In this document: positions 47,001 to 56,730 of the stretch, one piece after another
How positions within the stretch are numbered: position 1 is the stretch's first letter
Layout of the letters: every line of letters starts with the position of its first letter
Virus record (IMG/VR): IMGVR_UViG_2974624810_000001
Location: 1 to 64,000 of that record
From: a virus
Lineage: Duplodnaviria; Caudoviricetes
Reading direction: 5' to 3' (one strand)
Length of the DNA: 64,000 nucleotides
The notes under the pieces: model-generated
Database searches by the model: none
Told to the model about the DNA's origin: nothing
Seen by the model: the letters and a program-made list of their open reading frames with translations, nothing else
Translations under genes and position numbers: made by a program

Positions 47001-50000
47001 AATCAGTACAACCTTCAATGACATGCCACCTCCAGTAGATGCGAATGGTACTGTGATTCCTATTGACGGAACTACATGGTCACAATTCTCTTCTACTGGT
47101 ACTGCACCTGCTGGCGCTGTAACCGCCAGCTTTGAAATTCAGGCCGGTATTTCAGGTAGCCCTGTTGCTGGTATTCAAGGATGGTTTGATGATGTAACTA
47201 TCACCACTCCACCTAGAATCAAGGTGGGTCTATTCGGATTCGACAACAGCAATAACATCATTGACTGGGATTACGTTGATGACGCAACTACACCTACAAA
47301 GAAGCACCCAATGCCAACTGACTACAGTCTTCTTTCTGGATATGCAGCCAATCAGTACATGATGGTTCAAAACAATTCAGAAGTGCAGATTGCGACCGGT
47401 AGCTCAGCGACAACTGCTGACTGGATTACCGTAACTGGTTATGTTCGTGGTCGTGGTGGTTCTGGAAGCACTGGTACGTATGGTACTCAGGGCGAGCATC
47501 AGGACGCCTATAGCCCAGCGTCATTGAACCAGTCCGTTCGTTATCTTGTTCCTTATGTTGAATGGGATATTGCAACAGGTTCAGTGGCTCAGCTTGACCA
47601 GTTCTCCATTGAGGCATATGAAAATGGTGCTCCACAGAAGGTTGCAACACAAGGTGGGGATGGTCAGAAGGCTGTCTCTGTAGAAAGCATTCAGGGTTCA
47701 ATCTTTGACCACGCAATTAGATTCTACAGTGGTGAAGCAGACGAGCAGTATCCTGGAATGATTGGTCACGTCATGGACGGTGACTGGAACGATGCTTCTC
47801 ATATCAGAATTGCTCCACCTCTCATCAACAAGAGTTCCGATTACGGAAGTGTATTCATTGGTGTTTACGACCGTAATCCAAACTACATCTACGACGCCAC
47901 ATTCGAAGATGGCATTACTGGATGGACTGGAATGGCGAACACTACGCTTTCTCAGGAGACAACTGTTGGTAGAGAAGATACGAACTCATTGAAGATTCTG
48001 GCAACTGGTACGATTTCAAGCCCGGCAACCACAGAGCTTCTTGGTAAGTACTCAGTATCAACTCTTACAAACCAAGAACTCATTGGTAAGCAGGTAACTG
48101 TTACTGGTTATGCAATGATGGGAACTGCGACCGGTAGAAATGTGCGCCTTGTTGTCAAGTTCCTTGACGAAGCTGGAGCAATGATTAATGGATACTTCAT
48201 CGAAAAGGCAGTAACCAATGCTGCTTGGGTGGACTTCTCATTCATCTCTCCAATCGTCATTCCTGACACATGCTACACCGTTGAATTCTCATTCTCATGG
48301 TTCAATGGAGCAACTGGTGACATTGTTTACGTTGACGACGTCCAGCTTGAAATGGGTACAAGAACAGATTTCCGTACGGCATCTGCGAGCAGGGTTGTTC
48401 TTCAGTCTGATGTTGTTCGAAGCAATGGAAGCATCATCATTTCAAGGTCTGACCTTGACTTGCCAGACAATGTCTGGGGCTCAACTTCAGGTGGACGCAG
48501 AGATACACCATTCTATCCTAGTCTGATTCTTCAGTCTGAAGGTGGAACTGGTGGATTCCGTTATGTCAACTACACAGACTCTGCTGGTAACCGAGCATCT
48601 ACTCAGTTTACAAACTTCTCACCGGCTGGTGCAGAAGAGGCTGCATTCCGTATCTATGGAATGAATGATGCTTCATTCCCAGGTAGAATTGCCATCACGA
48701 ATGCTACCGGTCAGTTTGTTGCGTCTTCTTATGCTAATGCAGACGAAGATATGACGACAGCTCGTAACCTTCGTGTCTACGGCCACCTTGACGTTGAAGG
48801 AAGTCCTCCTTGGGCCGCAGCGACATTGCTTAATGGTACAACCGCTGTTTCAGGTGCATTCACTCCTTCATATGTCTTGAACAACGGTACAACATATCTT
48901 CGTGGTGCTGTAGCAGGATGGACCAAGGGTTCTGCTACTCCAATCATGACTCTTCCATCAGGACTAAGACCATCAAAGACTGTATACCTGTCAACAGTTT
49001 CATATACAACTACTTCCGACGCTCAGGCAACGGTATTGGTTGTAAACTCTGCTGGTAACGTTTATGTATACTCTGCGGTGGCCACAAAGACCAACGTAAT
49101 GCTAGACGGTCTGTCATTCTCTGTTGCTCCAGACACATATGTCACTCCTCCTAGTGGTGATACGACTGCGCCTGGAACTCCAACTGGATTCAAGATTACA
49201 CCACTATCCTCAAGTACCACAACTGGTACTTATCGTCTGAACTGGACTAACCCTTCAGCATCAGACACGGCTGGTGTAAAGGTCATCTGGAGAAGCGACA
49301 GATATCCTACTGTAACGATTGCGGCTTCTGGCACTAAGACTCTTACCACAGATGGTAAAATCATTACTGTAACAGGCGGTGCAAGCGCTGCAAAGCAGTA
49401 CGACCACTCAGGTCTACCAGTGAACAAGACCATTTACTACCGAGTCGTTTCCTACGATACAAGCGGAAACCACTCAACATATGTGTCAGCCTCACGATAC
49501 TTGCTAGCATCTCCAGTCACAGTTACTGCCAATTCCTCTGACTCATACCGTCTTGGATATGGTGGTATGTGGAGAAACGACGGTGACGAAGTTTACCAGG
49601 GTGACTGGACCGGAAATGACAATCACCGAGGAATGTATTTCTATGGAACCAAGATTTACGATGCACTGAATGCGGGCGGCGTTGTAAGAACTCCTACAAA
49701 GGCAACTATTTACCTCAAGAGACTAAGCACCTCTCATGGTAACAACACTGGAGTAGGAATTAATCTGAGAGGCCATATCTACCAGACTAAGCCATCTGGT
49801 GACCCTGTTGGTGGTATGACAAATGAAGGTTCTGATGGAGATGATATTGTATTCCTATCAAGAGGAGAGGCGGCAACAGTAACAATTCCATCAAGTTGGT
49901 ATAACAATATTGTGGATTCAACTGCTGCAAACCGAATCGAAGGCTTCGGTGTTTACGGTAGCACATCCAGTGACTACGCAGTTATGTATGGAACCAGTTC

Positions 50001-50043
50001 AGGTTCTTCTTATGGAAAGATTACGCTCTACCACAAGGGCTGA
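44029..50043 (+). CDS. large tail fiber/receptor-binding protein (Fn3 and carbohydrate-binding-like repeats)
   Basis: DTxPPxxPTGL Fn3 repeats, NPGFE/ATFEDG CBM-like modules and FDGLQVE. Confidence 0.85.
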   Translation: MRILLRDLTPGTDYNIQLRANDGTNVSDWSRIFPLTTIQDTLAPAAPTGLTWVVNRTAFSAKWDAVTQNADASPLEDFSHYLVKIQIPGGSYVTIKTTNTFYDLAFETNKALFGTPQASLECTVYAVDLTGNVSVPSTTLTATNPPPPDPTGVVAAGIVGGVSMRWDVQVIDDLAAYDVYMSTSGSGFTPTTANRIYSGTGNTVVYDSSSLGVVHYFKIRSRDVFDSISNYVTVSATPISPTDVDTTPPGVPTGLTASMDVDTNDSAFAVATVSWTAPSDTDLAGYVVRYKQNADAGYDYVNVPVGTTSIIIGGLTVGVQYNFGVQSYDRSTNRSAYTTNVNATAANTAPSTPAAPTASVNTLQIQVNHALQKATSGRLEADVSYLEVHLGTTSTFTASDSTMIGQLQVEPGSTFVSEIFPVAVTDSTQARWVRVIAVDRGGLKSSASAVAAVTVGLISDTNIANATITSAKINNLDANKITAGTGIINALLIKNSLTVDTGGTIKSTNYAAGSAGYQLSNNTLEINGGTIRAAALLLQDAPNILLPQYADFEFQSTWYTGKTTTFNDGGTTTWAIATAPEVTPKFGTQCLKHTWTGGGTFSRVYQSSTFTDYNTVCEPNTDYIASVWVLNLTGSGDKGVGFAVKLADGTFLQPGGTPTVTANSTWTRISGTFNTGNNTSFLTYMSLYNTGSVYFDGLQVERKLTSSTTPSPWRAPSTTSIDGGIIRTGEIRSTALANGLSGQPAWSINLTGGAQFGDATVRGRIVVGDPSNPSADGVNSRIHSSNYVAGTTGWIIRNDGYAEFRNLAVNSIKVTALDAPMQNNTYAKLFDYMQDGSLWLTSGSVLQKTDPGAYSAESLFEFTGSGLVLRNATGVTKVAYDPTILYRISARIRAYAVATLNANPGFETNTTGWFAYGTNSITRDTTKQFTGTASVRWDQVGASNGVYGMGTVVNVKPGYTYTFSARMLPNSTVIRDNLKMNIVWKDAANATISTTFNDMPPPVDANGTVIPIDGTTWSQFSSTGTAPAGAVTASFEIQAGISGSPVAGIQGWFDDVTITTPPRIKVGLFGFDNSNNIIDWDYVDDATTPTKKHPMPTDYSLLSGYAANQYMMVQNNSEVQIATGSSATTADWITVTGYVRGRGGSGSTGTYGTQGEHQDAYSPASLNQSVRYLVPYVEWDIATGSVAQLDQFSIEAYENGAPQKVATQGGDGQKAVSVESIQGSIFDHAIRFYSGEADEQYPGMIGHVMDGDWNDASHIRIAPPLINKSSDYGSVFIGVYDRNPNYIYDATFEDGITGWTGMANTTLSQETTVGREDTNSLKILATGTISSPATTELLGKYSVSTLTNQELIGKQVTVTGYAMMGTATGRNVRLVVKFLDEAGAMINGYFIEKAVTNAAWVDFSFISPIVIPDTCYTVEFSFSWFNGATGDIVYVDDVQLEMGTRTDFRTASASRVVLQSDVVRSNGSIIISRSDLDLPDNVWGSTSGGRRDTPFYPSLILQSEGGTGGFRYVNYTDSAGNRASTQFTNFSPAGAEEAAFRIYGMNDASFPGRIAITNATGQFVASSYANADEDMTTARNLRVYGHLDVEGSPPWAAATLLNGTTAVSGAFTPSYVLNNGTTYLRGAVAGWTKGSATPIMTLPSGLRPSKTVYLSTVSYTTTSDAQATVLVVNSAGNVYVYSAVATKTNVMLDGLSFSVAPDTYVTPPSGDTTAPGTPTGFKITPLSSSTTTGTYRLNWTNPSASDTAGVKVIWRSDRYPTVTIAASGTKTLTTDGKIITVTGGASAAKQYDHSGLPVNKTIYYRVVSYDTSGNHSTYVSASRYLLASPVTVTANSSDSYRLGYGGMWRNDGDEVYQGDWTGNDNHRGMYFYGTKIYDALNAGGVVRTPTKATIYLKRLSTSHGNNTGVGINLRGHIYQTKPSGDPVGGMTNEGSDGDDIVFLSRGEAATVTIPSSWYNNIVDSTAANRIEGFGVYGSTSSDYAVMYGTSSGSSYGKITLYHKG

Positions 50044-50118
50044 CCTTGAGCTTGACAGGTCAGCCTCGGTAGGCTAGAGTAAGATTACACTAGAGAAAAG
50101 AAAGAGAAATATAAATAA

Positions 50119-50349
50119 ATGAATCACAAAGATACTCTAAAAGTAATGGCTCTTAGAGAAAGAATAGCTGAACTTACTGCTGGATATGAAGACAAGATTG
50201 CAGACATTCGTGCCGACTTCACCCTTGCAGTAGAAGAACTTCAAGGGCAGGTAAAGAGGCTCGAAGACGAAAGTCAGCTTCTCAAGGATGCCAACGCTAG
50301 CTATCTTGAAAGGCTTGAAGGCAATGTGGTGGCGACGGAAGAAGGCTAA
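50119..50349 (+). CDS. coiled-coil hypothetical protein
   Basis: ORF with promoter TTGACA-17-TAGAGT (50052-50080). Confidence 0.65.
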   Translation: MNHKDTLKVMALRERIAELTAGYEDKIADIRADFTLAVEELQGQVKRLEDESQLLKDANASYLERLEGNVVATEEG

Positions 50350-50770
50350 GCCACTGCCTCCAGTACCCACAGTCCCTGTAGAATATCCTACGGGGACTTG
50401 CGTACAGACGGAGAAGGGAGTGTTCTTCATCAAGGGCAAGTTCAGATTCAGAGTCACATCTGACAGAATCTTGTCTAGCTGGAGATACCCGTTCGTGATT
50501 CGCTCCTCAGAAGAGGCTTGCGCAAAGTATCAAGTGGGTGGTAAGCTCGGATTCCGCCAAGGAACTTTGGTTAAGGATATGTCCAATGGTAAAATATATC
50601 TGATATCAGAGAACCTTCGCAGACAAGTAGTTTCGCCAGATTTCTTTGATGTCATGCTATTCCCTCGTGATGCAGTGATTGAAGCATCTCCAGAGGAGAT
50701 AGCCCTACACAAGGAAGGAGCGAACATAACTTGGCAATCACCCCCTACAAGCCTACGAGCTGGTCAATAG
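50324..50770 (+). CDS. hypothetical protein
   Basis: ORF. Confidence 0.65.
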   Translation: MWWRRKKAKPLPPVPTVPVEYPTGTCVQTEKGVFFIKGKFRFRVTSDRILSSWRYPFVIRSSEEACAKYQVGGKLGFRQGTLVKDMSNGKIYLISENLRRQVVSPDFFDVMLFPRDAVIEASPEEIALHKEGANITWQSPPTSLRAGQ

Positions 50771-51171
50771 GCGAGCAGATTACTCGTGAAAAGCTGAATC
50801 AGATGACTGCTAATGACCAGTGGATTTTTGAGAATCAGCCTAACGCATTCTACAATGCGCATGGAATCAAGAAGACATCTGGTCTGAAGATTATGGCTGG
50901 CTATGTTTACATCAAGGGCGGAAAGGCCCGGCACTATGAGAAGGCCGTTTATTTTGGTAACTTCTTCTCAGTAGGATGTAAGCCAGTCATTGTAACAGGG
51001 CAGGTCATTCAGAAGCAGTCTCGAATCCACTGTGTCATCAGAGGACTCACGGGAGAATACTGGCCAGACCACAGAGGCTTCACTGCTGTGGTAGACTCAG
51101 ACGAGCTTAGCTCAAAGAAGAACTATTTTCACTATGGCGTGAACGTTCAGTTCATTGCTGTTGGGTACTAA
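50731..51171 (+). CDS. hypothetical (tail-associated-like) protein
   Basis: W..GEQIT..KLNQM motif, AAGGAAGGAG RBS. Confidence 0.65.
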   Translation: MAITPYKPTSWSIGEQITREKLNQMTANDQWIFENQPNAFYNAHGIKKTSGLKIMAGYVYIKGGKARHYEKAVYFGNFFSVGCKPVIVTGQVIQKQSRIHCVIRGLTGEYWPDHRGFTAVVDSDELSSKKNYFHYGVNVQFIAVGY

Positions 51172-51455
51172 TGTACAGACCTATCCGAAACTGGCATAAC
51201 CGAAAGCGAATGCTCTCATCCGAAGGATACGTGCTGGTTTTTGCACCAGAACACCCTAAGAGCTTCAATGGAGGTTGGTACTATGAACATCGGATGGTCT
51301 TCGAGGCCCGACTAGGCAGATTGCTCAACAGCGATGAAACTGTTCATCACATCGGTGTGAAGACTGACAATACTCGGAAGAACTTGTTTCTGTGTACGTG
51401 GGCAGAACATGAGCGACTGAATCGACAGGAGCACATGGCCTTGACACACCGTTAG
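51171..51455 (+). CDS. HNH endonuclease
   Basis: YEHRMV....GRLL...E.VHH....DN...NL. Confidence 0.8.
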   Translation: MYRPIRNWHNRKRMLSSEGYVLVFAPEHPKSFNGGWYYEHRMVFEARLGRLLNSDETVHHIGVKTDNTRKNLFLCTWAEHERLNRQEHMALTHR

Positions 51456-51498
51456 AGGCTGTGTTAGGCTCGTCAGTACGACAACGAAAGGAACAAGC

Positions 51499-52254
51499 AT
51501 GTCCGACATGACATGGCTGTTTGTGTCTGATGTTCATTTCCCGAATCATGACAGGCGTATGCTTGACTTGTGGTTTGAGGTGATGAAATATCTCAAGCCT
51601 GGTGCCGTTGACCTGCTTGGTGATATTGATGATGCAGATGGCACGGGCCGGTGGGCAGAAGGAACTTCACGAGAAGGATTCTCCCAGAACGACCCTGGTG
51701 TTACAGGTACACGAGACTTCCTTGCGGAGATTCATTCCAAGGCACCCAAGGCTGACAAGCACTTCTTCGATGGCAATCATGGTTGGCATCGTCATGTGAA
51801 GTGGCTGGACAAGAACAATCCTCAGTCTCTTGAAGACGGACTGTATACTCCAGAAAGCATCTATGGCGTGGCTGCGAATGGATTCGTATGGCACAATTAT
51901 CTGGAGCGGCCAACCAAGCGATACGGTGACATTTATGCTCACCATGGCGTCAGCATTTCTCAGTATTCTGCTGAGTCAGTGCGTAACGATGTCAAGAAGT
52001 TTGAGGTCTCTCTGATTCGTGGACACTCTCACCGACAGGGATACTACGCCCATACTGCTCCATTGGAAGACCGTACAGTTCGTGGCTGGGAAATCGGTCA
52101 CATGTGCGTCCCAACTGGACAGGATTATGACCTGTCACCAGACTGGCAGGCAGGATTTGCCTATGGTGTAGTCTCTGGAGACGAAGTCTTTATCGACCTC
52201 GTTCCTGTAATGAATTACCGATGCAATATCGGAACAAAGGTATTCAGCGGATAA
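51499..52254 (+). CDS. metallophosphoesterase
   Basis: SDVH, LGDIDD, GNH, HG and GHSH. Confidence 0.88.
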   Translation: MSDMTWLFVSDVHFPNHDRRMLDLWFEVMKYLKPGAVDLLGDIDDADGTGRWAEGTSREGFSQNDPGVTGTRDFLAEIHSKAPKADKHFFDGNHGWHRHVKWLDKNNPQSLEDGLYTPESIYGVAANGFVWHNYLERPTKRYGDIYAHHGVSISQYSAESVRNDVKKFEVSLIRGHSHRQGYYAHTAPLEDRTVRGWEIGHMCVPTGQDYDLSPDWQAGFAYGVVSGDEVFIDLVPVMNYRCNIGTKVFSG

Positions 52255-52305
52255 AGATAAGACCTCCCATGCTATAATGAAAGAAAAAGCAAGGGAGGTT
52301 AAGTC

Positions 52306-52557
52306 TTGAGAACTAGCAAGTTCTGGAAGGATGCATTTGAAAGGGCAGTAAAGACATTTGCCCAGTCTGCTGTTGCTATCCTTGCCCTGTCCACAGGTCT
52401 TATTGATGTAAGCTGGATTGAAGCTGCATCTACTGCTGGACTGGCTGCACTGGTTTCTCTTCTAACATCCATCGGTTCTTCCGGTGTGGGTGATAAGGAG
52501 AGCGCATCCCTTGTTGTCGCAACAAAGGATGAGGTACCAACAGTTGACACATACTAA
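52306..52557 (+). CDS. holin (r1t-like)
   Basis: FWKDAFERAVKTFAQ, two TMs, SLLTSI. Confidence 0.88.
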   Translation: MRTSKFWKDAFERAVKTFAQSAVAILALSTGLIDVSWIEAASTAGLAALVSLLTSIGSSGVGDKESASLVVATKDEVPTVDTY

Positions 52558-52723
52558 GTGTGGTGGTCGAGTATTCATTGACAGAGTCTTTTCAGATAAG
52601 ACTCATCTAGAACTGGCATGCATTGAGTGCGGTGCCAGATGGATGCTTGACAAAGCCAAGAATAAGCTTGCCCAGTGGCTGGTTGCCAGAGAGAAGAATC
52701 ACTCTGCCCAGTTTGCTCGGTGA
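52544..52723 (+). CDS. zinc-ribbon protein
   Basis: KCGGRVFIDR...CIECG. Confidence 0.65.
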   Translation: MTHTKCGGRVFIDRVFSDKTHLELACIECGARWMLDKAKNKLAQWLVAREKNHSAQFAR

Positions 52724-52800
52724 AGGACAAGGATGCTATACTCGACATAGCGCTCCCCTGCGTACGCAAGTGCGCAGGGGACATTATTGTTTGGAGACCA

Positions 52801-53316
52801 ATGGGAAAAGAAAAGAAGCAGAAGGCAAAGCCTATGCGCAAATTCTTCTTTCTCGATGGCGTGCCTCACAAGAAACTGCAAATTAATCGTGGAGCAGACA
52901 CTCTGCTCGCATGGAACTTCATTGAGCACAAGAGAGTCCAATACGTTTGGTCTGTAGCAAAGAGAAATATGCAGAAAGCATTCTATGGCGCTGACGTTCA
53001 GAAAATGCTCGGCAGGCATAGAAACAGTCTTTATCTATACACCAAAGAAGGGCTCATCAGAAAGCCTTTCAGAACGTATACTCTTGATGGAGAGTCCCGA
53101 CCAGGAATCTATCTATGGTCTGAGAAGGATGTCCTTGACCTTCATGAGCTTCTTGTAGAAAGAGGCTATGGAGCAAAAAGAAAAGACGGCTTGCCTACAG
53201 CAACACGCCTTCCTTCCAGAACGGAGCTACTTGCCATGATGCGCAACGATGTGGTTCTATACACGAAGAACAAGAACGGCGACTTTACGCCGGTCTGGCA
53301 AGAGAATGATTGGTAG
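52801..53316 (+). CDS. helix-turn-helix DNA-binding protein
   Basis: ADVQKMLGRHRNSLYLYTKEGLI (MerR/excisionase-like wHTH). Confidence 0.7.
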   Translation: MGKEKKQKAKPMRKFFFLDGVPHKKLQINRGADTLLAWNFIEHKRVQYVWSVAKRNMQKAFYGADVQKMLGRHRNSLYLYTKEGLIRKPFRTYTLDGESRPGIYLWSEKDVLDLHELLVERGYGAKRKDGLPTATRLPSRTELLAMMRNDVVLYTKNKNGDFTPVWQENDW

Positions 53317-53322
53317 GTCTAC

Positions 53323-53619
53323 ATGGCCCAGGCAAAGTATACTCCTTTTGGAGATACACTAAATCCAGCTATTGCAATTATCCAGGCTGCAACCGCTCTG
53401 GATGTTGCAGCACGATTTGCTGTAGAAACCAAGGACCCTAGAGCACTCATTGATGTTGCTCGGTCCTGGGTTGAAATCAGTGGTCGGCTAGGGTACGATG
53501 ACGAAGAAGAGGACGACGCCACTGATGAGAAAGAGGAACGTCCTTCATTTTCAATTGGTTTCTCAGTGACAAGCGACATTGATGAGGAGGTAGAAAGTGT
53601 CACAGACAGTGAGTGCTGA
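53323..53619 (+). CDS. hypothetical protein
   Basis: ORF. Confidence 0.65.
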   Translation: MAQAKYTPFGDTLNPAIAIIQAATALDVAARFAVETKDPRALIDVARSWVEISGRLGYDDEEEDDATDEKEERPSFSIGFSVTSDIDEEVESVTDSEC

Positions 53620-53794
53620 GATTGGATATACAAAGAATCTCGGCAACTTCCAGAGCGTCAAGGTGAGCGTAGGATTGCAGGATTACGTTCGCAATGGCGA
53701 GACTTTTGACGAGGCTTATGCAAGAATCTTCAAGAAGATTGAAGATAAGTTGGCTGAGAAGGTTGCTGAAGCAGTAGAGGCGCTTGGAGGGTAA
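53597..53794 (+). CDS. hypothetical protein
   Basis: GYTKNLGNFQS motif, GAGGAGG RBS. Confidence 0.7.
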   Translation: MSQTVSAEIGYTKNLGNFQSVKVSVGLQDYVRNGETFDEAYARIFKKIEDKLAEKVAEAVEALGG

Positions 53795-54157
53795 GTGGCC
53801 AAGAAGAGGAGTCCAAGAGCTAAGGCATTCGAGCTGATTGGCGTATACAAAAAGCTCTATCGTGAGCGGTATCAGCGGAACCCTATGATTAACAGCAATG
53901 TTCTACAGTGGGGTTTCATGGCTGCTATCGATGACCTGGAGTACAGCAACGCAAGAAAGGCGCTCGAATACTTCTTCACTTGTGAGTCTCCTGGTCACGA
54001 CGTTCAAGTGTTCTTGAACAAGTACGATAAGCTTCATGACAACAGGCTCAAGACTGAAGAAGACCAACGAAAGCGAACAGAGCGTCTACGCAAGACGGCA
54101 GCTCTCGTAGCTGCAATGGAAAAGAAAAATGAGGAGGCAGTAAGTGGCGAGCACTGA
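53795..54157 (+). CDS. hypothetical protein
   Basis: ORF with GGAGG RBS. Confidence 0.7.
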   Translation: MAKKRSPRAKAFELIGVYKKLYRERYQRNPMINSNVLQWGFMAAIDDLEYSNARKALEYFFTCESPGHDVQVFLNKYDKLHDNRLKTEEDQRKRTERLRKTAALVAAMEKKNEEAVSGEH

Positions 54158-55364
54158 GGCAAAGCTCATCAATTCCATTTGCCGTTCAAAGCAAGTGGGG
54201 GCTCTACTTGCTGATAATGTCGATGACCTCTTTGTAGCACACAAGGACATCTGGATTGGGCTGCGTAAGTATTACATGCAGTTCAAGGCTATTCCAGATG
54301 TCTCTGTGCTTCAGGAGCGATATGCTCTGTTGGAGGAAATCGATGTTGGTGGCGAACCTGAGTTCTACCTAGACGAACTCAAGGGGGAATATCTTCGAAG
54401 CCGAATTGTCAGCATTATGGACAAGGCGGATACTGCTCTAGGTGCAGAGGCTCCAGCAAGGGTTCTTGCAAAGCTGTCCGCTGAGCTTGGCAAGCTCAAT
54501 CGATTCACCAACAATGTTCGTGACCTTGACCTGATGGATATCGAATCTGCTGAGAGGCATTTCGAGAAGGTCAGAGAACGGGCGGCAGCAAATGGTTCAC
54601 CTGGTATTCCTACTGGAATCAAGGCAATCGATGCTGCATATCCTACTGGTATGGCTCCTGGTCACCTCATCGTGGCTATTGGCTGGCCTGGTAAGGGTAA
54701 GACTTGGTTCACTTCTTATCTAGCCTGCAAGGCTTGGGAACGTGGATTCAAGCCTATGATTGTCAGCCTTGAGATGAGTCCTGAGAACATGCGTGACCGA
54801 ATCTATACTCTTATGGGTTCTGGTCTGTTCTCTGCAACGGACTTTGCTCGTGGTCAGGTCGACATTGACAATTTCCGTGCTTGGGGACAGAAGAAGCTGG
54901 CTAACAAGCCAGAATTCATCATCGTCTCTAATGAAGGTGTTGGCGATGTCACTCCTAACACTGTTCAGGCTAAGATTGAACAGCACCGTCCAGACCTGGT
55001 AATCTGTGACTATCACCAGCTATTCTCAAACAACAATCGAAGCAACTCTCCTGTAGAGCGTGCGATGGGTGTTTCACGAGAGTTCAAGCAGCTTGCAATC
55101 ACGAATAACATTCCTGTTATCGATATTACGGCTGCAACCGCTGATGATACGAACAGCACCAAGACTGCTCCGATGCTGAACCAGGTTGCCTGGTCAAAGG
55201 CTATCGAGTATGATGCTGACATGGCCTTTGCAGTTCACCGTGACCCTGACAGCGGCCTTATGCAGGTCATTTGCAGGAAGAATCGTCATGGCTCAGACTT
55301 CGAGTTTGAGATTGACGCAGACCTCGACAAGGGTGTCTGGAAGGAATCTTACGGCGGTTTCTGA
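54144..55364 (+). CDS. dnaB: DnaB-like replicative helicase
   Basis: IPTG, Walker A GWPGKGKT, SLEM, DY and KNRHG. Confidence 0.93.
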   Translation: MASTEAKLINSICRSKQVGALLADNVDDLFVAHKDIWIGLRKYYMQFKAIPDVSVLQERYALLEEIDVGGEPEFYLDELKGEYLRSRIVSIMDKADTALGAEAPARVLAKLSAELGKLNRFTNNVRDLDLMDIESAERHFEKVRERAAANGSPGIPTGIKAIDAAYPTGMAPGHLIVAIGWPGKGKTWFTSYLACKAWERGFKPMIVSLEMSPENMRDRIYTLMGSGLFSATDFARGQVDIDNFRAWGQKKLANKPEFIIVSNEGVGDVTPNTVQAKIEQHRPDLVICDYHQLFSNNNRSNSPVERAMGVSREFKQLAITNNIPVIDITAATADDTNSTKTAPMLNQVAWSKAIEYDADMAFAVHRDPDSGLMQVICRKNRHGSDFEFEIDADLDKGVWKESYGGF

Positions 55365-55660
55365 TGCACAGCAATGTCAAAAGATTTCAGGTGGACGGCA
55401 TTATCAACGATGATGCTGATTTTCCACGGCTGAGAGCACACTACGAAGACTTGCTGATGAAGGAAATGCGCGGTAATGGATGGGTCCCAATACTTGATTT
55501 GGGTCCATACTTCTCAACTGAATATCGTCAAGACGGTTCGTACAACTTTGTGTCAACAGCATATGGAATATACGTTGGGAGGAGAAAATCTTGGGAAATT
55601 CACGGAATGATGGATGGGCGACCGGTATCCATGACTACACCGAAGAACAAATCGCAGTAG
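55364..55660 (+). CDS. hypothetical protein
   Basis: ORF. Confidence 0.65.
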   Translation: MHSNVKRFQVDGIINDDADFPRLRAHYEDLLMKEMRGNGWVPILDLGPYFSTEYRQDGSYNFVSTAYGIYVGRRKSWEIHGMMDGRPVSMTTPKNKSQ

Positions 55661-56655
55661 TCATTCAGGGTATTGGAGTAGAAGTAGATGGCGAAACGGG
55701 AAACGACTTTCTCTGCTATTGTCCATTCCACGGCAATACGGATACCCCAAGCTTTTCTGTTTCCAAGCGTAATGGTACCTACATCTGCTTCAACGCTGCC
55801 TGTGCAGAACAAGGAAATCTAACTGGTCTAGTTCAGCGAATGCGTAAGTGTAATATGATGGAGGCACTGCGATTCATCATGAAGCATAAGGAAACTCGCC
55901 ACATCTCACTTGCAGAGCGTCGTGAAAAGCGTACTGCTCGTGGTGGTGATTTCAACATCTTCCCTGATGAGCCATTCGAAAGAATGTACAATGACTTCTG
56001 GACTTATCCAGAGGCAGCGCGGTACATGGTTGAAGAAAGAGGATTTGAAGAGGAAACTCTTCATGACTTTAAGATTGGATACTCAGTCAAGAACGACATG
56101 GTGATTGTTCCAATGCACTCACCAGATGGGAAACATGTAGGTCTTATCGGTCGTTCCATTGAGGGCAAGAGGTTCAAGAATTCACCTGGCCTTCCAGTGA
56201 GCCGTACTCTCTGGAATCTGAATAGGGCAAAAGCGGCCGGTGATACAGTGGTCATCACAGAAGCATCATTCGACAGCATGAGAGTCCATCAGTCTGGTTA
56301 CCCTTGTACGGTAGCCCTACTAGGAGGACATCTAAGTCTTATGCATATCGAATTGCTCAATCGGTATTTCAATACTCTCATCATCATGACAGATTTTGAC
56401 GACAAGAGCCAGCATATCTCACCAGTGTGCAGGAAATGCCGTGGCAAGTGTGAAGGTCACAATCCTGGCAGGGACCTTGGTAAACTGATTGTGGATTCCT
56501 TTCCTCGCAAGCGAGTGCTTTGGGCTTCACATGGTTACAAGGAAGTTTATCCAGATGGAGCAAAGGACCCTGGGATGCTTTCCGATAAGGAAATCAAGAC
56601 ATGCGTCCAGAATGCTGTATCTAACTTTGAGTACAGGCGGTGGGGCTTGTACTAA
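55591..56655 (+). CDS. dnaG: DNA primase (CHC2 zinc finger + TOPRIM)
   Basis: CPFH...TPSF...CF...C, TEASFD and TDFD. Confidence 0.9.
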   Translation: MGNSRNDGWATGIHDYTEEQIAVVIQGIGVEVDGETGNDFLCYCPFHGNTDTPSFSVSKRNGTYICFNAACAEQGNLTGLVQRMRKCNMMEALRFIMKHKETRHISLAERREKRTARGGDFNIFPDEPFERMYNDFWTYPEAARYMVEERGFEEETLHDFKIGYSVKNDMVIVPMHSPDGKHVGLIGRSIEGKRFKNSPGLPVSRTLWNLNRAKAAGDTVVITEASFDSMRVHQSGYPCTVALLGGHLSLMHIELLNRYFNTLIIMTDFDDKSQHISPVCRKCRGKCEGHNPGRDLGKLIVDSFPRKRVLWASHGYKEVYPDGAKDPGMLSDKEIKTCVQNAVSNFEYRRWGLY

Positions 56656-56730
56656 CAAGCCCCTATCTGCTACAATAGACATTAGCAGGCTCCAGGTAGC
56701 CTCAAATTCATTCAGGAGATTATAAACTAA

